DNA of 64,000 bases from Dehalococcoidia bacterium (GCA_965200085.1 OZ241333.1:43391-107390), one strand, 5' to 3'. Shown: positions 40,413-51,016, counted from the first letter of the stretch. Made by a program: numbers and translations. Notes: generated by a model from the sequence alone, not told the origin.

Positions 40413-43400
40413 TCATGCTCCCTCGATGGCAGTTATTTCTTCTTCCGTCAAGCCGTACAGGTCATACACCAGTCGATCTATCTCCTGCTCCAAGGCGCCG
40501 GTGTCTGCCTTCGGGTCGGCGTCCTTGGCGGCGAGAATCTCGTCCACCAGCCGCACGAATGGACGCTGCTTGACTGCGCTGATTTTGGGGACGGGGATAT
40601 TTTCAACATAGATTTTCTTCCAGCGAAAGGTTCCCATACCTGAAGTTGGAGATATTTGTTGCAAAACCCATCGAGTCAAAGAGGAATTAAGCACAGCGCA
40701 TAGGTATTTCAGAGACGAACCTGTCATCATGAAGGTTGTTGCCTCGCCGTACATACTGCCATTGTCGTAAGCAAATCGTCCATTTTCGACCAGTTCTATC
40801 CAAACCAACTTTTCTTTGGCGAAATTCTTGTTCGCGTTATCGCTGGGACTTCCTTGTAACTCGTACCATTTGTTTCTTCCGGTCTTCTGCGACAGCCTAT
40901 TATAATGCTTCAACAAATGTTGATAGACTGCTGGGTATCTCTCAATTTCAATTCCTTTACGACTATATATCAACCACAGTCCTGCCCACTGCGCTCGGAA
41001 ACGCTGAATGTCCCGCCCCCGCAGCACTGGCTTAATGATTTCTGCTGACTTGGGATCAGCCGCTGCCAAGGCTTCCTTCGTGGCGTTGTCAATTATGAAC
41101 GCCTGATTTAGCCCAGTGGTAACGCCTCGATAGATATTTACCCCCCCCATTTTCTCAGCGAGGTTCCCTTTATCCGCATCTTCTCCAGGGCGCTGTGCTC
41201 CATAGCGGACAGGATACTCCACGGGGCATCGCCATCGGGCTGCACCTTTCCCCACAGATGAGCAGGAGGCGGGAAGTCCTCGGTATTCACCCGGTCGGTG
41301 TCAACTGCCGGGAAAGCCTTGCCGCCGCCGCCTGTCCGGAGCATCAGAACGCTGGAATCAACGATAGCCGACTCAAAGACGTCCTTGCCCAGCTCCAGCA
41401 GGGCAAGGGGGGTGTGGTTTTCTGTGAAATATCGGCGGGATTTCTTACCATAATTCGCTTTCAGCCAACTGTTAGAGGTGATGTAGGTGAGGATACTCTG
41501 TTGCGGGCGCAGCAATTGGCAGCCTCGTTCGTAGAAGAGCTGGTAAATGTCGCCTCTGCGGGCAAAGGTTGCATATCTTGATTTTTGATACAGATTCCCC
41601 AGTCTGCCGCCGTCCTTTTGGAGCTGTATGTACGGCGGATTGCCGATCACGACATCGAAACCGTCGGTTACGCCGAACATATACTCCGGGTCGAACCAGT
41701 TGGCAGAGGCGTTTTGGTCGTAGGGGTCCCAGGCGGCGATTTTGCCGGCGGCTTCGGCAGGGAAGTCGGCGGCGGCTCGCAGCGCGTCGGCAAGTTCTTT
41801 TCTCAGGCGGGTGTCTTCGTCGCGGAGGCGAAGCTTTTCTCGGCGGACGCTGGCGTGCAAATGGCGCTCTCGGTTTTCGTTCAGCTTGCGCTGCAGTTCG
41901 GTTACTGCTTCGGTCTGACTTAATGACAGTTGGGGCGGACGTTCCAATCCCAGCAGCGTGTCTGCCGCCACGAAGCGGGTTTCCAGATTGGGCAGGGGCT
42001 TGACGCCGTAGTTGTCTTTGCTGTCGTCATTGGACGTCTGTTCGATGGCTAGGGAGATGAAAAAGCGGAGCTTGGCAATCTGTGCCGCCACGGGCTGGAT
42101 GTCCACGCCGTAGATGCTGTTCTGGATGAGGTAGAGCTTGCGGCCAAAGTCAGAGTCACGGTAGCGCTCAAAGGTTTGGCTGATTTCAGCAAGCTCATAA
42201 TCGCGCTGAGACTGGTCAGCGGTATCAAAAGCGTTTCTGGCGCGCTCCCCTGCCAACTGCTTTTGCACCTTCTCCCACACGGCGTTATCCGAGTCCAGGC
42301 GGCGCAGGGCAAGGGTCAGCTTGTGCAGCACGCCCATGGGGAAGGCGCCGGAGCCGCCGGCCGGGTCCAGCACCTTCAGACCGGCGATGGCGCGCACGAT
42401 GGCTTCACGTTCTGCCGGTTCGAAACGGGTTTCGGCTTCGTCAATGGCGTCGTTATAGTCCAGCAGGCGGCGGAGCTTACCTTCCCAATCTGCTGCGGAG
42501 TTGTCTTGGGGCGACGGTACCTTTTGCGAGAGAGCAGCCACTAGGGACTCTTCCACCATGTAGTCCACGACGGGCCTGGGTGTGTAGTAGGAGCCGGTCT
42601 GCTTGCGTGCGGACTCGCGGGTTTCCGGGTTGTAGGCTGCCAGCAGGTTCTCGAAGACCTTGCCCAGCAGCTCAGGGTCTAGGGCTACTTCCTGCTCGGT
42701 GGGGGTGTTCTCCTCCACAGTGAACTTGTAGCGGTTGAACAGGTCGATCAAGCCGGGGCGGTCCCGGTCCTCACTGAAAAAGAGCCGGTTGGGGATGGAG
42801 TAATCGCGGAGGTGTGCCGAGTTGTCGGTAAAGCAGTCGATGCGGTATCCGCCTTCGCCGGTGGCGGATACGCTGTCCAGGCAGTCGAACAAGCCGCCGT
42901 TGATGAAAGGCGTTTTGTTGAACAGGTCTGTCAGGGCGTCTGAGTCCGCAATCTCGCCGGCGTAGCGGAAGCGAGAAAAGTCGCGGTGGCCATCCCTGTT
43001 CTTATCGCTGAACCCTCGCCTTTCTATCTCCGTGTTCAGCGTGGCGAAGAAGAGGTTTTGCAGCACGGCGCGGTAGTAGGAATCGCCGCCTTTCGCATCG
43101 TAATCTTTGAGCAGTTTGCTAACCTGATGTTCCACAAACAGGTTTTCTGCCACCAGTCCCTTCTCTTTTATAAACCAGACGAAGAGCAGGCGGGTGATGA
43201 GCCGTATGACATGCTCCTCCGGCGTCAGAGTTTTTGACCATTTCGTGGGGAACTTGGCGGTGTCAACTGCCCGCTCGAACCACGCAAACAGGTCGCGGTA
43301 GAAGCGGCGGTTCAGTTCCTCAGTATCCAGTGTGTCCAGCCAGGCTGCCAGCAAGCCGTCGAAGTTGTGGGAGCGTCCGTTTCGGGTCATCCATTTCAGA

Positions 43401-43996
43401 CGGTTATCCAAGGACAGTTCGGAGAGTATGTCCAAGTGGGCGCGATGGGGTTCAGCCGAGTTGATTTCGCGGATGAGGGAAACGCTGCCCAGCACGTCGC
43501 GGCTTTCGTCCCTGCGATTGACGCGGCGGGGCATAAACGCCAGAGTCAGCAGATTCGAGGCGGTCTTGAATAGTACGACTGTCGGTATCTGCCACCGCTT
43601 GTTGATCTCGCGGGCGAAGGCGGCATAACTGCTGCGGGGGTAGCTTCCGCCCTGCAGCTCGACGGCGGTAAAAAGAAAGCTCTTGGCGTTGCCACTGTCG
43701 AACCCGGCGGCATCAAATAGGGAGCCTTGAGTCGACGCAATCTCGTTGTCGGTGAGCTGGAACAACAGGCGAACCGACCGGGCTTTCTCCCGAAATTCAT
43801 CCTCCGATTTTGTGCCGGGGTTAGATGCATCGAATCTGTTAATGAAATCGTCCACTTGACCGGTCTGCCCGGGCAGCGTAAGGTCGCTCTGATAGCCCAG
43901 CGTTCCAAGCAGGCCGACTGCGGCGTCCTCGAAGTTTTGATGCGGCATAGCGCTGAGAGCAGTCTCGATGGAGCTGCGAATATCGGTGAATGTCAT
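40413..43996 (-). CDS. Eco57I/TaqI-like N6-adenine DNA methyltransferase with C-terminal target-recognition domain, split by a frameshift at a G8 tract (41141-41148)
   Basis: FINGGLF, LDPELLGKVFENLL, GSYYTPR, VLDPAGGSGAF, YGVDIQP, IGNPPY; second ORF has TaqI_C-like YL.AVLNS...PVP...EQEIDRLVYDLYGLT.EEI. Confidence 0.9.
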
Positions 43997-44071
43997 ATAG
44001 AATCCTCTCGCGAATCCTCTCGATTCCTCAGAATATCCCGAAGGCGCGCCGGCGTCCCGTTCGACTTGCGG

Positions 44072-47000
44072 CTATTCCGCCTTAACCAGCGCCAGCCATG
44101 TAACCAGCTCGAAGTCGGTGAGACTGCTGGGCGCCTCCGATGCCAAAGTCAGCTGGAAAGCTCGGTCGCCTCCGAGCCGAAGCTGCTGACTCTGGGCGGA
44201 TGTATGAGTTTGGCTGATGTGGGCAATGCTGTCTTTCAGCAGTTTGTTGTAATGTTCCATATTTTGACCCATGTTGGTAGATCGGTCAAATATGTCGCAT
44301 AATGCAGTGATTGGCTCGGTTTTGCCCACGGCTGCCTCCTCAAACAAGGCAAGGATTTGCCGGGCTTGGGCGCAGCCGTAGCGGATTGTGCCGTTGTCCT
44401 GAATATATACGAAGTAGTATGGGTGCACCGGGCTGGCGACCTGACGGCGGAATGAAGTGTTGCCGGCGTTGCGCTGGCGCAGGAAGAGTATCACACCGCC
44501 CCCGGAGGTTCCCCCCTGAGCTTCCGCAACCGCATAGACGCCCGGGGGCAGCGCCTCCAGCTCGTCCCGATTCTCATCGAGGTAACGCAGAAGCTGGGCG
44601 ATGAAGTGGTCGAAGGTGAAATCACTCATTACAGGTCCATCGTCCAAGTCATCCATATCCAAGATTTCCTCTCGGAGTTTCAGCAACTGCTCATCTCGGA
44701 AGCTCAGCTCCTGTTTGGCATTCGCATTGGTTTCGGCTTCGTCGAAGGGGTCTTCATCGCCGCTGGCGGCAATGTTCGCCAGCGCCATTCTTGCCTGCAC
44801 CCGGTTTTCCAGCCGCAGGTAAACGTCCATATCCTCGGTGGGCCAGTAGTTTTGCATATAGACGGCGGGGTTGCGGCTGCCGATGCGATCGATGCGCCCG
44901 AAGCGCTGGATGAGCCTTACCGGGTTCCAATGGATGTCGTAATTAAGCACTGTATCGCAGTCCTGCAGGTTCTGGCCCTCGGAGATGCAGTCGGTGGCAA
45001 TCAGCAGATCGATTTCAGGATCGGACGCATTCCCGCGATTTCGGGCAGCAGGGGCAAAGTTGGTGAGGACGGCGTTGAAGGTGCTGCCGCCCTTGCTGGC
45101 GCGGACTTCGTCGCCGGATACCATAGCCATCTTTAAGCCCAGTTCGTCAGCCAAAGAGCTGAGGTTGTCATACAGGTATAGCGCAGTATCCTTGAAGGTA
45201 GTGAACACCAGCATCTTGCGGTTGGGTTTGCCGTCATTATCGGTATGCGGGTTCGCCGCCTTGTCTCGGATAGCCTGCCGAATTTGCCGCAGCTTGCCAT
45301 CGCGTTCCGGAGTAACTGCGGAGACTCGCGTCAGAGCTGCGTCTAGGGTAATCTTGTCATCCTCCAGGTCGGTCAGCCAGGCGGTCAAGTCCAATTCGCT
45401 GAGCCGGTAGGGGTGGCGGCCGCGGTTAACAAAGAGGTCCTCGTCGTCTTCATCTTCATCGGGCAGCGCATCGCCTTCAAGCAACGAAATGCCGACTTGC
45501 GCCCGTTCTTGGTAACTCTCGATCTTCTCAATCAGGCTGTCAATCTTGCCGATGGTGCGCTCCAGAGTCAGTTTAAGGGAGTGGGGCGAGCTTTCCAGCC
45601 GTTTGAGGAAGTTGGTGCGCATCATAGCGACGAGGAAGCGCTCGCTGTCCCGCTGGTTAAAGTTCTGCCTTGCGCGAATCGCTTCCAATTCCTCGACCCT
45701 CTTCGCATCGGTTACATAAGATGTGGGCTGATAGACGGCAAGCTTGAACTTTCCGATGTCCTCCGCCAGTTCTTTATAGGACAGAGCGCCGGCAAGGTCG
45801 GTGGGCGGGTATGAATTGACAGGCTTGGCGTGTGCCGGGAACTTGCCGATGCGCTCCATTTCGGAGGCGTAGGACTGCTCGATGTGCCGTCGGGAGCGGG
45901 CAATGGAAACGCCGCCCAGTAGCCGAAAGAAATCTGCGCCCAGATTTTCCAGCAAAGTCCTCTTGTCGCGCCGACTTGCTCTGCTCTTGCCGGATTCCCA
46001 ATCCTTGAACTGGCGCTGAGCTGTCGCCATCAGGCTGCCGATGCTGCCGACATCCAGACTCTCGCGGAAAGCGTCCTCCCGCCCCTCGGTCATCAGATAA
46101 ATCTGGTTCCGCAGGTCTGTCAGCGAGGTATTGACCGGCGTAGCGGACAGCATCATCACCTTGGTTCTGGCTCCGGCCCTTATAATTTCATCTAGGAGTT
46201 TTTTGTATCGCTGGCCGTCGCTGTTCCTGAAATTGTGGGATTCATCGATGACCACCAAGTCAAAATTGCGCCAGTTGAAATTTGCCAGATCAACGCTGCC
46301 CGATATACCAGAGTCGCGGGATAGGTCGGTATGGGACAGCAAGGTATAACCGAAGCGGTCCTGAGGAAAGGGGTTCTGGATGTGTCCATTGTTTACTTGG
46401 TAGAGAGACCAGTTTTCGCGCAGCTTGCGAGGGCAAAGCACCAGCACCCGTTCGTTGCGCTGCTCAAAGAACTTAATCACTGCCAGGGCGGTGTAGGTCT
46501 TTCCCAGACCGACACTGTCTGCAAGTATGCACCCGTTGTGTTGCCGAAGTTTAGCTATGGCGCTTTTAGCCCCGTCTTTCTGGAAGTCGTAGAGCGCATT
46601 CCATATCTGGCTGTCATAAAACCCGGTATCTTCCAAGCCGTCATCGCCAGCCTGTCTGGCTTCTATGTCTTTGCGGAACATTTCGTAAAGGGTCTTATAG
46701 TAGATGAGTTCAGGCGCGTGGTCTTTGCCGATGCGAGCCAGCGCATCCAGCACCTGCTGCTTGACATCTTCGGTTCGCCGCCGGTCATTCCACAGGCGGT
46801 CGAACCATTCCTGCAGCTCGGCAAGAGTGGAAGCATCGCTGGTTGCCAGATTGATTTCCAGGTTCGATCTATCGCTGCCTCCCAGTCCTTGTCTGGTAAA
46901 ATTGGAGCTGCCTACCACGGCGCTGGTGATTGCATCGTCTGACCCGGCGAGATACATCTTGCCGTGGAGGAAATTCGACTGGCTGATCGAGCGGATTGCA

Positions 47001-47323
47001 ACGGAGTCTCCGGCTACCCATTGGGCGCACCGCTTGGCTAGGGATTTCTGACGCAATGTGTAGTTCAGAGCCAGACCTTTTTCGGTAACTTCAAAAGATT
47101 TGGGGGCTTTGGCGCCGGGATCTATGTCTTCTACCGAAGCGGGATCCCCATACAGAAAGCGCACGTCACGTATGGAAGCCAACTCGTCCGCCAGCAGTTC
47201 GTAGCCGTAGATACTGAAGTACGCAGATACGAAGCGGAAAGCGTCGGCGCCACTAATACTCCGCCGCAAATACTCGACAACGGTAGCTTGGCGATTGTCT
47301 ATGACATGGAGAGGTAATGACAT
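44072..47323 (-). CDS. PLD (HKD) nuclease domain fused to an SNF2-family helicase
   Basis: FLHGKMY..VVGSSNFT (PLD); LADSVGLGKT, DESHN, SAT, ISEGQNLQ, QRFGRIDRIG (SF2). Confidence 0.93.
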   Translation of the reverse strand: MSLPLHVIDNRQATVVEYLRRSISGADAFRFVSAYFSIYGYELLADELASIRDVRFLYGDPASVEDIDPGAKAPKSFEVTEKGLALNYTLRQKSLAKRCAQWVAGDSVAIRSISQSNFLHGKMYLAGSDDAITSAVVGSSNFTRQGLGGSDRSNLEINLATSDASTLAELQEWFDRLWNDRRRTEDVKQQVLDALARIGKDHAPELIYYKTLYEMFRKDIEARQAGDDGLEDTGFYDSQIWNALYDFQKDGAKSAIAKLRQHNGCILADSVGLGKTYTALAVIKFFEQRNERVLVLCPRKLRENWSLYQVNNGHIQNPFPQDRFGYTLLSHTDLSRDSGISGSVDLANFNWRNFDLVVIDESHNFRNSDGQRYKKLLDEIIRAGARTKVMMLSATPVNTSLTDLRNQIYLMTEGREDAFRESLDVGSIGSLMATAQRQFKDWESGKSRASRRDKRTLLENLGADFFRLLGGVSIARSRRHIEQSYASEMERIGKFPAHAKPVNSYPPTDLAGALSYKELAEDIGKFKLAVYQPTSYVTDAKRVEELEAIRARQNFNQRDSERFLVAMMRTNFLKRLESSPHSLKLTLERTIGKIDSLIEKIESYQERAQVGISLLEGDALPDEDEDDEDLFVNRGRHPYRLSELDLTAWLTDLEDDKITLDAALTRVSAVTPERDGKLRQIRQAIRDKAANPHTDNDGKPNRKMLVFTTFKDTALYLYDNLSSLADELGLKMAMVSGDEVRASKGGSTFNAVLTNFAPAARNRGNASDPEIDLLIATDCISEGQNLQDCDTVLNYDIHWNPVRLIQRFGRIDRIGSRNPAVYMQNYWPTEDMDVYLRLENRVQARMALANIAASGDEDPFDEAETNANAKQELSFRDEQLLKLREEILDMDDLDDGPVMSDFTFDHFIAQLLRYLDENRDELEALPPGVYAVAEAQGGTSGGGVILFLRQRNAGNTSFRRQVASPVHPYYFVYIQDNGTIRYGCAQARQILALFEEAAVGKTEPITALCDIFDRSTNMGQNMEHYNKLLKDSIAHISQTHTSAQSQQLRLGGDRAFQLTLASEAPSSLTDFELVTWLALVKAE

Positions 47324-47338
47324 ATTGTACTTGAGGGA

Positions 47339-47536
47339 ATTATATCGCAGTGTACACTGCGTATCTTTCTGCCATATCTAGCACGGCGGCACGGTATCCC
47401 CGCGCACCATAGCTTGGAGGATATTGATAGCAGCATTGTGGTCTGCATCTCCAATAAACTCACATAGTCTTGGGATACTCTCACCAGTGGACAGCGTAAG
47501 CCTATCTGATACACCCATATCTATGCCCACAGCCTT
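47339..47536 (-). mobile_element. Internally deleted IS200/IS605 TnpB element with its right end
   Basis: KAVGIDMGVSDRLTLSTGE (RuvC-I) joined directly to CEFIGDADHNAAINIL (RuvC-III); 16-bp palindrome CGCAGTGTACACTGCG at 47346-47361. Confidence 0.75.
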
Positions 47537-47760
47537 ACCAAATACTACATAGCAGTCAGGGGACATGTAAGAACGGGTCTTTCGGAATCGTAAATGACAT
47601 AGGTCTGCCCCGACACCAGAATTCTAGGACCATAAGCGTAGCGCGCCATCAATAGACTGCACAGATACATTATTGTGTCATCTTGCTACAAAGCGTCCTC
47701 CGGCGGTTCAGGTACTTCCGTTATCAGGTCATACCATGCGACAGTCGATGTCGTTGCCAT
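47537..47760 (-). pseudogene. Truncated Uma2 pseudogene, third unit of the tandem array
   Basis: MATTSTVAWYDLITEVPEPPEDAL* (TAG at 47688-47686)...PDCYVVFG, then interrupted by the TnpB relic. Confidence 0.85.
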
Positions 47761-47839
47761 CTTCTATCCTCCACAAATCTATACGCCTCGTTTATGGCAA
47801 TGTGCAGCGCCGCAGAGGGTTTTGATCAGTGAGCCTGCA

Positions 47840-48700
47840 TTACTCACCGCGCAGACGGTTAAGTTCGGCTTCAAGTTCCGCAGCCCGCGCTTCCGCAGCC
47901 TGACGCGCTTCTCGTTCTACAAGCCTAGCCTGTTCGGATGCCTGACGCGCTTCTCGTTCTGTAAGTCTAGCTTGTTCTGCGGCAAGTCTCGCTTCTCGTT
48001 CTACAAGCCTGGCTTGTTCTGCTGCAAACCTAGCCTGCTCTGCTGCGAGCCTAGCCTGCTCTGCATCAATCAGCGTGTTCAGCCATTCGCCGCTGACAGC
48101 GTCCTTCAGACGAAACTCAGTGTAGCCGTCAAAATCCGGAATCCACCAGAAGTCCACCCCTAGCACCTCACTGCGCGACCATACACTCCCATCCGGCTCA
48201 TCGTGCTGCTCAATGCGCCGATACTCTCCGTCAACGAGACGCTCACCTACCAGCGGCTCTCCGTAATATTCACCGCCGAATGCGTCGAAGCGCCAGTATT
48301 CCTGCACACCCATCTGTGCGTATATCTCACGCTTCTGGTTCAAGTCTCTGCTCGCAGTACTCCTTGAAGCCACCTCCGCCACGAATGCAGGAACAGCATC
48401 CCACTCGTCAACTCGGTAGCTGCGGCGATCTCTCTTTATCATCCTATCGTCAGGCACACCGAACACTACATAGCAGTCCGGCACTATGACGGAGCCGGGC
48501 ACTTCTGAGTCATAGATGACATTCGTTGCAGGTCCTGCAATTAGCACACTGGGGTCGTTTGAGTAGCGTGCCAAGAGTATTGAGTTCAGGTGTAAGGTAG
48601 TGTCGTTTTGCTGCATGCCGTCCTCAGGTAGTTCGGGAACGTCCGGTATCAGGTCGTACCACGGGACTGTGGCAGTTTTTGTGGTTGTTGTGGTTGCCAT
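47840..48700 (-). CDS. Uma2 family endonuclease-like protein
   Basis: PDCYVVFG, AEVAS.STA.RD..QKR.IYA, EYWRFD; long heptad tail. Confidence 0.93.
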   Translation of the reverse strand: MATTTTTKTATVPWYDLIPDVPELPEDGMQQNDTTLHLNSILLARYSNDPSVLIAGPATNVIYDSEVPGSVIVPDCYVVFGVPDDRMIKRDRRSYRVDEWDAVPAFVAEVASRSTASRDLNQKREIYAQMGVQEYWRFDAFGGEYYGEPLVGERLVDGEYRRIEQHDEPDGSVWSRSEVLGVDFWWIPDFDGYTEFRLKDAVSGEWLNTLIDAEQARLAAEQARFAAEQARLVEREARLAAEQARLTEREARQASEQARLVEREARQAAEARAAELEAELNRLRGE

Positions 48701-48776
48701 CGTCTATCCTCCAAGTCTATGTGCCTCGTTTATGGCAATGTGCAGCGCTGCAGAGGGTTTGATCAGTGAGCCTGCA

Positions 48777-49622
48777 TTACTCACCGCGCAGGCGCTTGAG
48801 TTCAGCTTCAAGCTCCGCAGCACGCGCTTCCGCAGCCTGACGCGCTTCTCGTTCTACAAGCCTAGCCTGTTCTGCGGCAATCTGAGCCTGTTCTGCGGTT
48901 AGTCTCGCTTCTCGTTCCGTTGCAATTCTGCGTTCTGCGTTTCTGCGTTCCGATAACCGAGCCTGCTGCTCTGACGTGAGTCTCGCTTCCGCTTCAACCA
49001 GCGTGTTCAGCCATTCGCCGCTGACAGCGTCCTTCAGACGGAACTCAGTGTAGCCATCCGAATGAGGAATCCACCAGAAGTCCACTCCCAGCACCTCACT
49101 GCGCGACCACACACTTCCATCCGGCTCATCGTGCTGCTCAATGCGTCGATACTCCCCGTCAACGAGACGCTCACCTACCAGTGGCTCTCCGTAATACTCA
49201 CCGCCGAATGCGTCGAAGCGCCAGTATTCCTGCACACCCATCTGTGCGTATATCTCGCGCTTCTGGTTCAAGTCTCTGCTTGCCGTACTCCTCGAAGCCA
49301 CCTCCGCCACGAATGCAGGAACAGCATCCCACTCATCAATGCGGTAACTGCGACGATCTCTCTTTATCATCCTCTCGTCAGGCACGCCGAACACTACATA
49401 GCAGTCCGGCACTATGACTGATCCGGGCACTTCTGAGTTGTAGATGACATTCGTTGCGGGTCCAGCAACAAGCACGCTGGGGTCGTTTGCGTAGCGTGCC
49501 ATTAGGATAGATTTAATCACTGTAATAGTATCGTCTTGCTGCATGCCGTCCTCCGGCGGTTCGGGCACATCGGGTATGAGGTCGTACCACTTTACCTCGG
49601 CGGTAGTATGGGTTGTCGCCAT
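48777..49622 (-). CDS. Uma2 family endonuclease-like protein
   Basis: Near-identical core to 47840..48700; AAGGAG SD. Confidence 0.93.
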   Translation of the reverse strand: MATTHTTAEVKWYDLIPDVPEPPEDGMQQDDTITVIKSILMARYANDPSVLVAGPATNVIYNSEVPGSVIVPDCYVVFGVPDERMIKRDRRSYRIDEWDAVPAFVAEVASRSTASRDLNQKREIYAQMGVQEYWRFDAFGGEYYGEPLVGERLVDGEYRRIEQHDEPDGSVWSRSEVLGVDFWWIPHSDGYTEFRLKDAVSGEWLNTLVEAEARLTSEQQARLSERRNAERRIATEREARLTAEQAQIAAEQARLVEREARQAAEARAAELEAELKRLRGE

Positions 49623-50149
49623 AACTATTGCTCCTTTTAGAATACCGGTTTATAAGCCTGATTGGAACACTTGTACCATGTTACAAAACTTCCGGGAAAT
49701 AGTAAAGTTCTGTGGAGAGGTTGGCGCTGTTCCAATTTTTGTTGGAATAGTGCAACGTGTTGGAAAAAGACGAGGACCACATAGAATTGGAAGTACGCAA
49801 GCCAATCCAAACTGAGTTAAGGCGATTGGCGGTGCATCTACTGGACAGATGAAAACAGATAACACTGTACAAAGAGGATAGTGGAAGTGCCTGACACCAC
49901 GAACTGGCAGGAGGGAAGGTTCGGAAGGATAAAGCCAAGATACGAGAGTACGCGAGGACTGAAGACGGATGCAGGAACGCTGTATTTCATGTCAGGGGGC
50001 CACGATGTGCTCGCGTAAATACCACTTCCTCTCCGAGTACCTGCTTATCCCCATCAATTTACACCAACACTACCCGAAACAGTGCCCGCTTCACGATGGT
50101 TTGACGGACTAATCCCAGACATTGATATGAGCAGGATAGTTAGAGGCTA

Positions 50150-50650
50150 TTATTGGGAAGAATAGACCTGTCTATCCTGTTTGTTTGTGTAATCCGAAGG
50201 GGTATATTCGTCGTCAGCTTCGATGTACTTGGATGGGCATTTGACTAAGACATTTTGGCTGTCGAACACACCGTCTGCGCCATAGGAGCCTTCGAGAATA
50301 ATTTCGGAGTGTGGGTTGAAGAACAGGTCGGGCAGGACGCCGTCGTAGTGTGCGGCGACGATCTTTGTCGGGTCATCTTCATCGGTTAAAGTGAAGTGCG
50401 CCAGTGTGGAGCCGTCCGGGCGCAGAAAAGAGTTTTCGACTAGGCTTCCATTGACGCGGATGAGTTTGCCTTCGGGTGTAGGCCCCAGCGCAGTGAGTTC
50501 GCCGACAGTGTACGAGTACACCGTCGCGCTTTGGAATGCGGTGAAACCTAGGTATCCGAGCGCGCTAATCAGCACGATGGCGGCGGCGATAATCTTGCCT
50601 TTGCCGGCGAACAGGCTGCTCTGTTCTTCTGTGTCTTGCAGTTGTTTCAT
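50150..50650 (-). CDS. ccmE: Cytochrome c maturation heme chaperone CcmE (CxxxY variant)
   Basis: N-terminal TM, IRVNG.L...S, Y.GVLPDLF, EG.Y, VLVKCPSKY. Confidence 0.9.
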   Translation of the reverse strand: MKQLQDTEEQSSLFAGKGKIIAAAIVLISALGYLGFTAFQSATVYSYTVGELTALGPTPEGKLIRVNGSLVENSFLRPDGSTLAHFTLTDEDDPTKIVAAHYDGVLPDLFFNPHSEIILEGSYGADGVFDSQNVLVKCPSKYIEADDEYTPSDYTNKQDRQVYSSQ

Positions 50651-50671
50651 ATCTTCTCGTCCATCAGTAGG

Positions 50672-51016
50672 CTAGTTGTCCTGTGTATCCATTTTAGCAT
50701 CAAGGGCACGCTTGAGGGCTTCGATTTCGCGCTGCATTTCGCGTTGTCTTCGGGACATGATGAAGACATACCCGAAGAACGCTGCCCATGTAACGGTATA
50801 GACCGCGAATAGCCACGGCAGTTCTGCTTCGCCGCGCCGCTGCTGTGCCGGGTCTTCGGAGGCGGTGAAGTGCGCTGGAGGCTCTTCATAAGCGTGTACT
50901 CTGCCTGCTAATAAAGGCACGGCTGCGAGAACGATAAGAGCTAATGCAGGAATGATAAGGCGTCTCAAAGGTTTGTCTCCGTGTTTCCATGTGATTGATG
51001 CCGCGCCATTAGACAA
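50672..51016 (-). CDS. ccmD: CcmD family protein with an N-terminal extension
   Basis: LPWLFAVY.VTW..FFGYV..M.RRQ..M.REI; lies between ccmC and ccmE. Confidence 0.7.
   Translation of the reverse strand: MSNGAASITWKHGDKPLRRLIIPALALIVLAAVPLLAGRVHAYEEPPAHFTASEDPAQQRRGEAELPWLFAVYTVTWAAFFGYVFIMSRRQREMQREIEALKRALDAKMDTQDN

Noticed and set aside
40413-47323. Complete DISARM or BREX system
   Set aside because: No drmA/drmB or brxC/pglZ homologs recognised in the window
22261-49622. Diversity-generating retroelement acting on Uma2 genes
   Set aside because: No reverse transcriptase in the window, and paralog differences are not visibly adenine-specific
49720-49757. Integron attC site
   Set aside because: A hairpin is present but the boxes run GTT...AAC, opposite to the attC RYYYAAC...GTTRRRY order, and no integrase is seen
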